Position numbers and translations under genes: made by a program. Source: Octopus vulgaris (lineage: Eukaryota). Taken from it: a stretch of DNA of 64,000 nucleotides. Where the stretch lies: the NCBI GenBank assembly GCA_951406725.2, contig OX597824.1, forward strand, positions 55,056,001-55,120,000. Reading direction: 5' to 3'. A model generated the notes under the pieces. The model searched no databases. It worked only from the letters and a program-made list of their open reading frames with translations, and had not been told where the DNA came from. This document shows positions 13,362 to 28,272 of the stretch, in pieces (within the stretch, counting starts at the first letter, position 1; each line of letters opens with the position of its first letter).

Positions 13362-15118
13362 TAACGGGAAGCTTTATGAAAATAGACAAAAGACGAAGGC
13401 AGGTGGAAAACAAACAAACAATTGTATTAGTATGGCGCTCAGGAAATATAAATAAAACAAGTCTTTAACGTTTCGAGCCTACGCTCTTCAACAGAAAGAT
13501 ACACAGAGAGAAAAAAACACAGAAAGAAGGAGAGAAAAAAAAATGCGTGCAGTAACTAACGAATCAACATGGCGATCTGATTTCGGCCAGAGGTCAAAGA
13601 TCAAACATGAGATGCGAGAGCGAAATAAGGGGAGATAATAGGGTTGATAATAGGGTTGAATGACCCTAGGATAGGTCTGGACAGGCGTATGTAGGGGTTG
13701 GTGTATGTATTAGTATGTATTAGTATGTATTAGTACGTATTAGTATGTATAAGTGTGTGTGTGTGTGTATGAGAGAGTATAAGTGCGTATGAGGGGTCTG
13801 GACGTGTGTATGTATAGGGTTGGTGTATGTATTAGTATGTATTAGTACGTATTAATATGTATTAGTTGGTGTATGTATTAGTATGGCACATCATATATGA
13901 TGTGATGTGTAAAGTCGTATGGTGTAGTGAGGAGAAGAGGGGGAGAAGGGGGAGGGGAAGGAGAGGGGGGAATAGGAGAGGAGGGGGAGGGGGAGAAGGA
14001 GGGGGAGGAAGGAGGAAAAAGGGGGAGAGAGAAGGGGAGTGAGGGAGCAGAGGGAGCAGAGGGAAGAGGGAAGGAGGGAGGGAGAAAGAGGGAAGAAGGG
14101 AAGGGGAGTAGGGGTGAAAGGATGAAGGACTGAAGAAGTAGGGGTCGGGGGGGAAGGATAGGTGAGGAGGGGGGAGATGGGGGTTAGATGAGGAGGGGGG
14201 AGAGTTGAGACCAAATGGCGTAAAAGAGCGAAGAGAGAAGATTAATTCCTGTTCACGGCGCAAACGGGAATCCGGATGGCCTCTGTGTAAGGACAAACCG
14301 AACACAGATAAGTGTTGCAAGGAGTGACCGGTGGAGCGGAAATGGCGTGAGACCGGTGTGTCGTTCGCAATGTGGATGTCACGAAGGTGTTCCGCGAACC
14401 GGTCAGCCAAGCGGCGTCCCGTTTGTCCGATGTACAAGGAATTGCAGAGAGAGCAAGAGACGCAATAGATAATATTGCTGGAGGTGCAGGTGAAGGAGTG
14501 GATGATGGGATAGGGTCGATGGTGGGTGCTAGTGAGGCGGGTGGTGTTGGAGAGGTAAGGGCAAGTGCGTTAACGTGGGCGGGAGCAGGGGAACGAGCCG
14601 GGTTGGGAGGTAGGGTCAGGGAAGGAGCTATGGACCAAAAGGTCTCGAAGGTTGTGGGCTCGTTTGAAAGAGGGGAGGGGTCGGTTAGGGAAGAGGTGTG
14701 AAGTGGACGGGTCGGACTGGAGATGACGGAAAGCTCGAAGAGTGGTGCGTTGGAGACGTAGGGTCGTGATGTGGTAAGTGAGGGGAAAAGGGAGGCGGGA
14801 GACTACAGGGCGGGTTCGGGGAGAGAGAGCAGATACACGGTCCACGGACCGTGCTCTGGCAAGGGCGGTGTGGATAGTGGTGAGGGGGTATCCACGTAGG
14901 GTGAAGTGGTGAGCCATACGTTGAGACTGAGTCTCAAAGTCATGGTCGTCACTACAGAGCCTACGTAGACGGAGGAATTGGGAATAGGGGATGGAAAGCT
15001 GGGTGTGTTCTGGGTGGGAGGAAGAGAAGTTGAGGTATGAGTGTGAGTCTGTGTGTTTGTAGTGAATTGAGGTGGTAAGAGTGGAGTGAAGAATGCTAAC
15101 CGAAATGTCGAGGAAGAA
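13362..15118 (-). mobile_element. Neptune-type PLE 3' fragment (HHR 13462-13499)
   Basis: ORFs 14570-14917 and 13862-14437 (YIGQTGRRLADRFAEH); highly similar to 29339-31210. Confidence 0.9.
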
Positions 15119-15169
15119 CTGACATGAATGCTTGCAACATGGTGTGCTGCTCCTCTTAAGGAGCCAAAG

Positions 15170-15230
<61 letters not shown>

Positions 15231-15247
15231 GTATATATATATATATG

Positions 15248-15328
<81 letters not shown>

Positions 15329-15391
15329 GTATATATATATATATGTATATATATATATGTGTGTATATATATATGTGTATATATATATATG

Positions 15392-15440
<49 letters not shown>

Positions 15441-15599
15441 GTATATATATATATATATGTATATATATATGTATATATATGTATATATATATGTATATAT
15501 ATATATGTATATATATATGTATATATATGTATATATATATGTATATATATATGTATATATATATGTATATATATATATGTATATATATATATGTATATA

Positions 15600-15658
<59 letters not shown>

Positions 15659-15970
15659 GTATATATATATATGTATATGTATATATATATATGTATATAT
15701 ATATGTATATATACATGTATATATATATGTATATATATATGTATATATATGTATGTATATATATATGTATATATATGTATATATATGTATATATATGTAT
15801 ATATATGTATATATATGTATATATATGTATGTATATATATATGTATATATAAAAGCAATTAAGGAACTTCGGAAATCTGTTTACAACCTAAATCTGCTTT
15901 TAATGAAATTATCTCCAATACTTCATGAGTATAGCCTCACCCACTAAGATGTTTGGAGAACTCATATGTA

Positions 15971-16061
15971 TTTTAGCTGATGAGTACGGGACACTTTTAT
16001 CTGCTGCAATTTTTGCTACTTTTAATAAAGCCTGTCTTTGTGTGAAACAATTGTACTAAAA
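15971..16061 (+). ncRNA. Type I hammerhead with long stem-loop II
   Basis: ttttag-CTGATGA-(60 nt)-GAAA-caattg-TA-ctaaaa. Confidence 0.85.
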
Positions 16062-16539
16062 ACTAATCCATTCTTGTTGCTTCTTTCTCGTTTATATGTA
16101 TATATATATATATGTATATATATGTATATATATATATATATATGTATATATATGTATATATATATATGTATATATATATATGTATATATATGTATATATA
16201 TATGTATGTATATATATGTATATATATATATATGTATATATATATATGTATATATATATGTATATATATATATGTATATATATATGTATATATATGTATA
16301 TATATATGTATATATATATATGTATATATATGTATATATATGTATGTATATATGTATATATATATGTATATACATATGTATATATATATGTATATATATG
16401 TAGGTATATATATGTATATATATGTATGTATATATATGTATATATATGTATATATATAATGTATATATAGGTATATATATATATATGTATATATATGTAT
16501 ATATATATATGTATATATATATGTATATATACATATATA

Positions 16540-16573
<34 letters not shown>

Positions 16574-16574
<1 letters not shown>

Positions 16575-17079
16575 CTATATATGTAAAACTCTAGTTGTGT
16601 GAGTGTCTGTCCCCTTCGATTTAGATTCCTAACTCCTCCCACATTTTGCGGTGCAGTTTAACCAAATTCGGGTATCTTATAGTCGTGATTCATATCGAGC
16701 CCGTCTGACTATTAGCGCGCGTCAACGATGAGTCTACGATTTTAAAAATAATTTAACATCATTTTTTATTCCATTTTAATGCATAAAATGCATCGTATGT
16801 CGATGGCGGCGGAGTTGGCGTCCACGCTCACAGCTGCACCTGTTTGCTTCTCCCCCTTCCCTCCCTCGTGAAGCTGCGGGGAAGGGAGTGTAAAGAAATC
16901 AACGTCGTAATGCGTTGTGAAGGAAACCAGCGTTCTTTTAGAACAACGACTTCATGGCTTGAAGACACCAAAACAAAAATGGCTAAGAAAGCCCGAATTT
17001 ATAAGGGAAGTAACTCTCTAAAAATGCTTATATAGTTATTTCCCTTACAAACCCGAGCAACGCCGGACGATACTGCTAG
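16574..17079 (+). mobile_element. Non-autonomous Helitron
   Basis: A|TC 5' end, subterminal ccg..cgg hairpin, CTAG|T 3' end, no TSD; homologous to the 48-53 kb copies. Confidence 0.85.
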
Positions 17080-17118
17080 TATATATATATATATGTATAT
17101 ATATGTATATATGTATAT

Positions 17119-17178
<60 letters not shown>

Positions 17179-17546
17179 CTAACACGCCAGCTCAAAGTTT
17201 ACTCGTCCTGTTGAAAAGACACATGTCTGTGACGTCCTGTTTTTGTTATTATTATTATCATTATTGTTTTTACATATTTTTGTATTCTTATTCGGGTAAC
17301 ATCGTCCGTTTTTCCGTCCTTGTTTTGTATACATTCGAAACTTTCTTCCAAGGAATCTAATGCGCTTGGCTTAGATTTTCCTTTGGGGCTGGCCAGATCG
17401 GAGCAATCTCAAGATTAATCAGCCGAAATTGCGAGGATGATCCGGTTCTTAACTGAAGATTGAAGGCTTCGAATGTCCCATCCGTGTTTTTTTGTATCGT
17501 CTTCTAAATGTTTTGCGTTCTTGTCCCAGTTTGTATTTTTTACACG

Positions 17547-17583
<37 letters not shown>

Positions 17584-17596
17584 GTATGTATATATG

Positions 17597-17627
<31 letters not shown>

Positions 17628-17889
17628 ATGTATATATATGTATATATATGTATATATATATATGTATATATAATATGTATATGTATATATACGTGTATGT
17701 ATATATATGCTTATGTATATAGGTATATGTATTTATTATATGTATATGTATATATATGTATATATATGTATATGTATATATATGTATATATATATATATG
17801 TATATATATGTATATATACATATGTATATATATATGTATATATATATATATGTATATATATATACATATGTATATATACATATATATAC

Positions 17890-17923
<34 letters not shown>

Positions 17924-18320
17924 TACTCTTTTACTCTTTTACTTGTTTCGGTCATTTGACTGTGGCCATGCTAGAGCACCGCCTTTAATTGAGTAACTCG
18001 ACCACGGGACTTATTCTTTTGTAAGCCCAGTACTTATTTTATCGGTCTCTTTTGCCAAACCGCTAAGTAACGGGAACATTAACACACCAGCATCAGTTGT
18101 CAAGCAATGCTAGGGGGACAAATACAGACACACAAACACACACACGCATATATATATATATACATACATATATACGACGGGCTTCTTTCAGTTTCCGTCT
18201 ACCAAATCCACTCACAGGGCTTTGGTCGGCCCGAGGTTATAGTAGAAGACACTTGCCCAAGGTGCCACGCAGTGGGACTGAACCCGGAACCATGTGGTTG
18301 GTAAAAAAGCTACTTATCAC
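17924..18320 (-). mobile_element. tRNA-derived SINE with CR1-like 3' tail
   Basis: Minus-strand ggttcagtccc B box and ccttgggcaagtg core; tail matches the LINE end at 20735-20773. Confidence 0.85.
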
Positions 18321-18375
18321 ATATATATATGTATATATATATGTATATATATGTATGTATATATATATATGTATG

Positions 18376-18428
<53 letters not shown>

Positions 18429-18569
18429 ATATATGTATGTATATATATATGTATATATATATGTATGTATATATATATGTATATATATATGTATGTATAT
18501 ATATATATATGTATATATATGTATGTATATATATATATATGTATATATATGTATGTATATAGATATATG

Positions 18570-18600
<31 letters not shown>

Positions 18601-18691
18601 TTATATGTATATATATTTATGTATAATGTATATATATTTATGTATGTATATATATGTATATATACATAGGTACATATATATGTATATATAG

Positions 18692-18727
<36 letters not shown>

Positions 18728-19227
18728 TGCATATGTATATAATAAACCTTTACATCTATAAATAACGTGAAATACACAAAGGGCCGAACATAAGAGACAG
18801 ACGGGTCATTCAAAGCTTTCGTTCTTCAGTCAGAAACCGATTCCTCATTGCAGATTTCGGCTGTTTAATTCTGATATATATATATATCTATATATATATA
18901 TATATATGTATGTATATATATATATATATATAAGCGAGAAAGAAGCAACAAGAATGGATAAGTTTTTAGTACAATCGTTTCATACAAAGACAGGCTTTAT
19001 TGAGTATGTAATACCTCCTCATATCTCTGGAAATTCATATGTACACTATGGATCAAGTCACCTTCTCTGTGATGCTATTAAAACTTTTTTAAAAATCTGT
19101 GATAAGACTGTGCATCATCTTTAAAGAACTTTAATGAAATTTCGAAATCTGTTTGTGTTACTTAATTGTCTACATTACTTCATGAGTATAGCCTCAACCA
19201 CTAAGATGTCTAGAGAACTCACATGTA

Positions 19228-19318
19228 TTTTAGCTGATGAGTATGGGACACGTTTATATGCTGCAATTTTTGCAACTTTTAATAAAGCCTGTCTTTGTAT
19301 GAAACGATTGTACTAAAA
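19228..19318 (+). ncRNA. Type I hammerhead (paralog of 15971-16061); inverted partial copy at 18930-19001
   Basis: ttttag-CTGATGA..GAAA-cgattg-TA-ctaaaa. Confidence 0.8.
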
Positions 19319-19459
19319 ACTTATCCATTCTTGTTGCTTCTTTCTTGCTTATAATCACCCCACATTACTGTATGGTTAAAACCGTATAGTTTTTTGGTGC
19401 ATCTAAGTTAGGTACCATATTCAAGTAAATTCATTAAAATTGACTTGAATCTTTATTGC

Positions 19460-19492
<33 letters not shown>

Positions 19493-19497
<5 letters not shown>

Positions 19498-19665
19498 CAC
19501 CCACTACACTCACGGAGTGGTTGGCGTTAGGAAGGGCATCCAGCCGTAGAAACACTGCCAGATCTGACTGGGCCTGATGAAGCCTTCCAGCTTCACAGAC
19601 CCCAGTTGAACTGTCCAACCCATGCTAGCATGGAGAACGGACGCTAAATGATGATGATGATGATG
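19493..19665 (+). mobile_element. RTE-type 3' tail or SINE fragment ending in (GAT)n
   Basis: Homologous to 39035-39218, 45250-45427 and the reverse of 35483-35660. Confidence 0.8.
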
Positions 19666-19719
<54 letters not shown>

Positions 19720-19967
19720 GTATATATGTATATATATATATATGTATATATATATGTATATATGTATATATATATATATGTATATATGTGTATATATATA
19801 TATGTATATTTATATGCATATATATGTATATATATGCATAAATATGTATATATATGCATATATATATATATATGTATATATATGTATATATATATATGTA
19901 TATATATGTATATATATACATATATATATATGTATATGTATATATGTACATATATATATATATGTAC

Positions 19968-20058
<91 letters not shown>

Positions 20059-20087
20059 CAAAAATAAGCAACATGAATGGATCCGGT

Positions 20088-20176
20088 AATTAGTACAATT
20101 GTTTCATACTTTAACAATTTATTAAAGCTGCAAATATTACACCAGATATAATATATCACTTAATCTTCAGCTAATT
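20088..20176 (-). ncRNA. Type I hammerhead (diverged member of the CAATTG family)
   Basis: Minus strand: aattag-CTGAAGA..GAAA-caattg-TA-ctaatt. Confidence 0.8.
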
Positions 20177-20706
20177 TCATACAGGTTTTCCAATAATGTA
20201 CAGTTCTCAAATCAATTAGTAACATCCTAGGGAAGGTAAATATACCGATAAAGCTGTAGATATGAATTTCAGGGACATGAAGTAGGATACCAAGCAGCCC
20301 AAGATTAAGTTCACAGCTAACTGTTGCAAGAAAAATTTCCGTAGTTATAAGAATGGTAGTAGGGGCAGGTTAAGGGAGCAAATTAGCTGGAGAAAAGAAG
20401 GGGAAAAATTTTAGGGTGTAAAAGGACAAAATCAGATTGATACTAGAATAAAGGATCAGTCTATTTCTATGGTGACAGAAGATATAGGTCAGTGTGGGAG
20501 GAACACCAAATTCTTAAGAGACTGTGAAGTGCACAATACCTTACTTTCAAATGAAAGCCATCAGAATTTTTATTAGGAGTTTGGAGAAGGGAGAAATAAG
20601 GAAAGCTATAAGAGGGGCTTAGGTTATGAGCAAGAGGAAGATACAGTAAGGAAATCAAGGTTGTCACTAGAATAGAAGGCTATTTATTTTTATCTTTATT
20701 TTCATA

Positions 20707-23255
20707 TGATTGATTGATTGATTGATTGATTCTAGTTTCAGCGCATGAGCTGTGGCCATGCTGGGGCACCGCCATTTGGTGTTGCTACTTGGTTTTACTT
20801 CACGAAAGCTTTTTAGCAACTGCCATTTGGTGCATGAGAGAGTTCGATGCAGCTGCCCTCATCTGCCCCTCCTGCCGTGAAGTTGGTTCATCTGGGATAC
20901 CTGACAGGAAGAGATCCAGTTTCATTTTAAAGACATCTGCATCCACCCCATGCAGGTCTCTTAGGTTCTTCGGGAGGATATTGAAGAGCTGTGGGCCTCG
21001 GAAGCCCAGGCTATCACAGTATCTTGTCCTACATCTTGATGGCAAGTTTGGAGTCCTAGGCACCACGCAGTGGCGCCCAGTTCTGGCATTTGTGGGACTC
21101 TCGATGCCAAAGTTTGGGACAAGTCCCTCCAGGATCTTCCAGATGTATATTATGGCATATCTTTCCCGCCTACGCTCCAAGGAATATAGTTTTAATCTCT
21201 TGAGTCTTTCCCAGTAGCTTATATTCTGCATAGAGGCTATCTTCTTCGTGTAGCTACGTTGAATTGCCTCAAGTTCTGTGATCAACTTGACACTGGATGG
21301 TGACCATAACTGAGAGCAATAGTCAAAGTGGCTTAGGACAAGTGTCCTTCAGAGGACCATCATGGATTCCTGGTCTCTTGTTCTAAAGGCTCTAAGAATC
21401 CATCAGGTCAGCCGCTTACATTTCATTGCCAATTTAGCAACATGCTCATGAAAGGTTGCATCATTACTCATGTAAATACCCAGGTCTCGCACTGATTGTG
21501 CCTCTGGGATTGCAATCCCTCTGGGTCCAGTGTATTCATTGGGTATTGCATTTAGTTTTGCATGCTGATAGTATAAAGCTTTGAAACTTTTCAGCATTGA
21601 ACTGCATGCTATTCTTTTCAGCCCACTTGTATATTTTGTCCAGCTCACATTGCAGGCGTTTAGTGTCTTCAGGGTTCTGTATTGCCTGTGAAACTTTTGT
21701 ATCATCTGCATAACTTGTGATCGTAGCTCTCTGCGTGGCTGAGGGCATGTCTGAGAGGGCCATTATGAACAGTGCCCCAAAACAGTGCCCTGCGGAACAC
21801 CGCTCACTATTTGCGTGTTAATGGAAGTGGCCCCATTGGCTACTACCACCTGACTTCTATCCTTCAGAAAGTCATGAAGCCATTCTCCCAGTTTTCCAAC
21901 TATGTTGAGATCACGCAGTTTGTGACATATCATTCCATGATCGACTTTATCAAAGGCCTTTGCAAAGTCGAGATATATCAGTTCCACATTTGAGTGGTTG
22001 AGCAGTCATTTCAGCACCCAGTTATAGTGTTGTAGGAGCTGAGTTAAGCAGCTTCTCCCTGGTCGGAAACCATGTTGGGTGTCGGGCAGCAAGTCATTTT
22101 CTTCAATGAAGGTGATCATTTTCCTTCTGACTATTCGTTCCATGACTTTGCTGATGTGTGAGGTCAGAGAGATAGGTCTGTAGTTCTTGGCCTCCGCTCT
22201 GCTACCTCCTTTATGAATAGGGCATATTTTACCTTCCTTCAGTTTTCTTGGAAGTTTGCCAGCTGCAAGGAAGCTCTGAAAAAGGAACTGCAGTGGTCTT
22301 GCTAGGACTCTCTTACATACTTTTAGGAGGATTGCCGGGAATCCATCGGGGCCAGTAGCTGAGTCTGTTTTCATTTCATCTATAGCCTTTATTACATCGT
22401 CTTCCTTTATATCGATGTAATTTATCGTCGCCGCCTCTGATTTTATATCTGCAGTGGTAAAGAAGTCAGTTGGATTGCTGATTTGGAAATGCCCAAGGGG
22501 TGGAGTGAAAACACTCTTGAATTGTTCATTCAGTATTTCACTTACCCTCATTGGTTTTCCTGTGAGTGTGCCATCCTTTTCAAGGAGTGGCCCTATCCTA
22601 CAGTGCACCGTAGCTGTTTCTTTGGCATACCTGTAGAAAGCTCTGAGGTTAGATTTTATGTTGTCTCTAGCCCAGGCTTCTTTGTCTGCTCTTTCTTTTT
22701 CATGGGAGAGTTGCAGACATTTTTCAATTTCCAACAGTTTTATTTTCAGGCGGGACTTTTCACTGCTTTCAATTTGTTTGTTTAGGCGATTTGAAATTTT
22801 TGTATGCCGTCTCATTAAAATTTTCCTCTCTCTGGGGATTTTGTTCTTGTGTACAGTGGCCTTGTAGCATATGGCTTGCATTACAGACATGAATTGTTGA
22901 AGTTTCACGTCGATGTCTGGCGAGGAGAGACATTCAGGCCAGTTTTGTTTGAGGATCTCTTTCTCAATTTGTTTCCAGTTTGCCTTATGGAAGTTCAAGC
23001 TGGAAAGATTCTGAGGGTTTCTTGTAGGTTGCATGTCCATGCTTTCCTTTGGCCCGTACATAGTCAGCTCTACCATGTGATCCGAGAGTAGTGTCGGTGT
23101 CACTTTCACATTATGGATGAGATCCATATTATTTGTGAAGCAGAGATCCAGTGTGTTACCTGCCCTGGTTGGTTGGAGTATTACTTTCTCCATGTACAGG
23201 GTGTTGATGAGGTTCAGGAGGGACCTCACCTGTCCTCGTTCACATCTTGTCATTC
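20707..23255 (-). mobile_element. Decayed 5'-truncated CR1-type LINE with (AATC)n tail
   Basis: ORF pieces 22006-23253, 21763-21987 (YLDFAKAFD, SGVPQG), 21536-21763 (YADD), 20800-21285 (LYSLERRRER). Confidence 0.9.
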
Positions 23256-23922
23256 CTGGGAGAGAAAGTCTGATGAGAAAAAATCTAGGTCAATGTCTAG
23301 AGGTCGATTAAATTCTATAGCAAAGGTTAGGGGAACAGCGCCTATTCAAATTTATAGTGAATGTCGAATTTTATAACTAGGGGAATAGTATTACATGTTA
23401 AATTTAGAATAGAAATGGGAAAATGTGCAATTCCATGATGAAAGTAAGGTTAATTTAGTTGACTATAAAAGTCAATTAAAGGTTGGTATAGTATATTTCA
23501 TATTATTATTATATTAAAAAGATACAGTTAGAAAATTAGGAAAGCCTTAAAATTTCTATTTAAAATATTTGAAAGTTCTAATTTTTGAATGAATGCAAGA
23601 TCGACCTAACTCTAGACGATTATTTAGTAGATTTTTATTATTTCGATACTTTAAAATTTCGTAGGTCTCCTAAGAACAGAGTTGACAGCCTACTCAATTA
23701 TTTCTGTAAGGTCTTGCCCTTATGTATATATATATTTAATGTAGGATAAAATTTTTTTCGAAAAAAAAAAATTTATCAATGGCCAGCATATTAAAAAATA
23801 CCTTTAAAGGTTAAACTTATAAACAACTTATAAATAAGGGCAAACGAAAAAAGTTCTTATGCCAAATATGCCAAAATTAGATACATTGTCCATAACCATT
23901 ATAATTTTTCCACGTATATATA

Positions 23923-24425
23923 TGTCAAGTCACTTTCGAGTGCTACTGGTAACATGTAACCCAGTACAACCTGTTGCATGGTCGGGTCATCGGCAACTAA
24001 ACCGGCAACCCCACCAAGCTTGCTTGGTGAGGAGGATGTTTATTGGACACCCTGCGGGATGAAAAGCAAAACCCGTCAAAGGCTGTATCATACGCAGGGA
24101 CATAGAAATAATCGGACTGAATATCCGATCGCGCGGTTAAACCATTGGGAGTGAAGGACTCCTAGTCTTTGTTAGGGCATCCTTCTAGGAGAAGGTAACT
24201 CAGGTAACTGGTATAACTCCGACATAAAACCTGCGGCTCAGTGGTTACTGATGAGGTTGACTTGTTCTTCTTTTCGGATTATGGCTGCTGTTGCTTAGTG
24301 AGTGGGATCGACTCAGTGCACAGCCTTTCCTCACTTAAAAAATCTTCTTGCACAGGCATTGCACGATAACAACATTGATTAAGCTTCGTGCAATGGCCAT
24401 ACTCGATAACGAGGGGCAGCAACCA
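23923..24425 (+). mobile_element. Unclassified structured interspersed repeat resembling an RTE 5' UTR
   Basis: Higher-GC island between (AT)n tracts; hairpin caccaagc/gcttggtg; ctaggagaaggtaactc motif. Confidence 0.4.
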
Positions 24426-24773
24426 TATGTATATATGTATATGTATATATGTATATATATATATGTATAGATGTATATATATATGTATCTATATATATGT
24501 ATATATATGTATATATATATATGTATCTATATATATGTATATATATATGTATATATATATAGGTATATATATATATATGTGTATATATATATGTATATAT
24601 ATATGTATGTATATATATGTATATGTATATATATATGTATATATATATATATATGTGTATATATATATGCATGTATAAATATATATATATGCATGTATGT
24701 ATAAATATATATATATGCATGTATGTATAAATATATATATATGCATGTATGTATAAATATATATATATGCATG

Positions 24774-24832
<59 letters not shown>

Positions 24833-24835
24833 ATA

Positions 24836-24897
<62 letters not shown>

Positions 24898-24920
24898 ATA
24901 TATATATATATATATGTATG

Positions 24921-24951
<31 letters not shown>

Positions 24952-24966
24952 ATATATATATATGTG

Positions 24967-25015
<49 letters not shown>

Positions 25016-25071
25016 ATATATATATGTATATATATGTATGTGTGTATATATATATGTATATATATGTATGT

Positions 25072-25135
<64 letters not shown>

Positions 25136-25150
25136 ATATATATATATGTG

Positions 25151-25189
<39 letters not shown>

Positions 25190-25210
25190 ATATATATATG
25201 TATATATATG

Positions 25211-25242
<32 letters not shown>

Positions 25243-26292
25243 CATTATATAAAAGGGCTTAGTAAAATAAATTACTTTGCCGCATACTGAACTCATTAGA
25301 AATAGCAGCTAAAAAAACTTTTTTAAAACTATTTCCAATACTTAAAGAAAATCTCTCTCATATAGTGTTTGCTCAATTCAACTCACGAAAGTATGAGGGT
25401 ATAAACATTAAAAAATCAAATGCAAAGGTTATTTGAGAACGTACGTTTCAAGATTAGTCAAAAACGACACTTCTATCATCAGCTCAGAACTCCCTGGTTT
25501 GGATTTGAAAACACTGAAAATAGGAGCATACCTTTTCGGCTTCCCATCGCCTCTGAAGATCTACTCGAAACTAACAGTGCCAGCAAATTCAAATATGCAA
25601 GCGAAGAATTTCTGCTCTCCCCTTCCACCAGCGTGGGTTAAAATCAGCAAACAACATGCTTTTTTTCGGTAAAATCCGAGGCATTAAATAGAGAGAGATG
25701 AATTATAATTTCAACAATTGAGGGTAAAATTAATTAATTAATCAATTTCACCAAGTATTCAGTATGCAAAGGGACCATTTAAGGCGAATTCAAATTATTA
25801 CATTATATAAAAGGGCTTAGTAAAATAAATTACTTTGCCGCATACTGAACTCATTAGAAATAGCAGGAAGAGCAGCCCTTCTGTGTGTTCGATTATGTTT
25901 ACTGTAGAGAAAGGAAAGTAGATAGCGAAAGGGAGAAGGAATTGGGCGAGGTGAGAGGCAATGCAAGAATGGATAGTAGTAATTGAGAATATACGAAAAT
26001 CTTTTTGACTATTGGGGTGAAATATAGCAAAAAGTTTTTGGGAAATCGAGGGGTTGTCTATATTAGTCACTATTTATATGAATGAAAGGTGTGTCTTTTC
26101 CAGTGTAAGCACCTGTAGGATCTTGTAGGATATATATGTATACATATATATCTATATATATGTATATATATATCTATATATATATGTATATATATATATC
26201 TATATATATATATATGTATGTATATATATATATATATGTATGTATATATATATGTATGTATATATATATATATATGTATGTATATATATATG

Positions 26293-26354
<62 letters not shown>

Positions 26355-26363
26355 TGTATGTAT

Positions 26364-26418
<55 letters not shown>

Positions 26419-26433
26419 TATATATATGTATGT

Positions 26434-26505
<72 letters not shown>

Positions 26506-26510
26506 GTATG

Positions 26511-26575
<65 letters not shown>

Positions 26576-26576
26576 T

Positions 26577-26607
<31 letters not shown>

Positions 26608-26709
26608 GTATATATATATATGTATATATGTATCTTTTAATCTTTTAGTAAAACCCCCTGTATGGATAGGAACTGTATTGAGTGTAGATTTAGCTTACAA
26701 TCAAACTGT

Positions 26710-27562
26710 AAAGCCAGAAATGTAGTCTATAGAATAAGATGTATAGAGGGATGATGCAGTAACAAGACATACGTAGGGGAAACAGCACGGACCATAGGAG
26801 AGCGGGTAAATGAACATTGGAGAGAACTTAAGGAAGAAAAGAGCTCATCGGTTCTGTACTAACACACCAAGCTTGAACACGGGGGCTCCATCAAAAATAT
26901 AGAAGTTAAAATCTTGTCCACACATAGAACAGACGCAACAATGAGACAAATTACAGAAGCTACACAAATAATAGAAGATAAACCTAGCCTGAATTGGAAA
27001 CTAGAATGGAACACTAGCACACACCACAGCATATAGCAGAAGATCCCCATAAACTGGTAACAATATAAACAAAACTAAAAGCATAATAAATAACACAGAT
27101 AAATAAACAAATGGAAGTAAATAACTATATACATTAAAAAAAAAGTAGGTGTAAACACATGAACAAATTAAAAATAAACAAAAACAAATTACAGGCATTC
27201 CACCACACACACACTAACTAAACATAGACACGCATAGAGGTATATGCATGCGCAATTGAAGACACATGCAATAGGAATACAAAATACAAAATGGCTGACC
27301 GTTAGTAAGGAGAGACACACAAATAAGAAAGAAGAAAGCAAACGACCGCTGATGAAGTCACAGGAGTGTAACGAAAGAACTCTGGCCGAAATAAGATTAA
27401 GATTAATGTAAAAAGTAAATAACGCTGAAGCAAAGTAACACCAAATATATAGTGCGTGTGTTTTTGTAGGCTAAACTGACAAAATGACGATTCCTAAATA
27501 CAACAATATGTTTCAACACACGATTTCACATCAAAAATCTTGTAAAACAAATATATAAACGT
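26710..27562 (+). mobile_element. Decayed PLE 3' fragment (GIY-YIG and 3' UTR, HHR 27344-27387)
   Basis: Reads [37 protein letters not shown] with stops; ccg-CTGATGA..GAAA-gaac-TC-tgg. Confidence 0.8.
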
Positions 27563-27598
27563 AATATATATATGTATATATACATATGTATATATATA

Positions 27599-28198
27599 CT
27601 AGCAATATTGCCTGGCTCAACGGGGATTTCAGGGGAGAATTTCAGGGAGTCGCTGGCGATGTTTCATGATGATCAAAAATCTGACCTGCTAAAATTTGGT
27701 TAAAGTGATTCAAACTGCAGACTCAACGCAATATGGTCACATTTAATTAAAAGCGTTAAAAATGTTATGGAAACAATTGGTATGTGTTCACAAAGTCCAA
27801 ACGATTAATATGAAAAAACCCTCCAGGCTACATCCCGAAAATTCATATCTTTGTCGAATTTCTACAATGTTTACGGCGATTCGTTTTTATATCTTAATTT
27901 TTTATTTTTCATGCAATTTATGCATGCTTGGTGAACGCAGTTCACGTCAAACAGCTGACTGAGTAATGTTCACTATTCAATGCATGGGATAAGGCCTAAA
28001 CAAACACATTATCGATTTTTGCACTTGCGAGACGAATTTCGGAACAGAAATAGCGCAGTTCAATTTTCATTCGCCTAAACTTTAAGTGACCCATTTTTGG
28101 TGGTTCTACGTATGTTGGCTAGGAGGAGATGTGCCGGAAAGTTAAACACACAGATACACACACAAACACACAAGTTAAGTTTTATATATATATATAGA
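27599..28198 (-). mobile_element. Non-autonomous Helitron
   Basis: Minus strand starts TCTATATATATATAAAAC and ends CTAG|T. Confidence 0.7.
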
Positions 28199-28232
28199 TA
28201 TATATATGTGTATATATATATATGTATATATG

Positions 28233-28272
<40 letters not shown>

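Noticed and set aside
13927-14200. G/E/R-rich ORFs and G-quadruplex-like tracts (also 29980-30300)
   Set aside because: Antisense of the Neptune low-complexity 3' region; no independent coding evidence
17205-17485. Hammerhead-like CTGTTGA and CTGAAGA motifs (homolog on the minus strand at 18790-18872)
   Set aside because: Could not close stems I-III in any permutation
19574-19600. CTGATGA as a hammerhead core (also at 24248)
   Set aside because: No GAAA or stem I/III in register
26735-26760. In-frame TGA next to a Cys in the GIY-YIG fragment as possible selenocysteine
   Set aside because: The same frame also has a TAA near 26860; the copy is simply decayed
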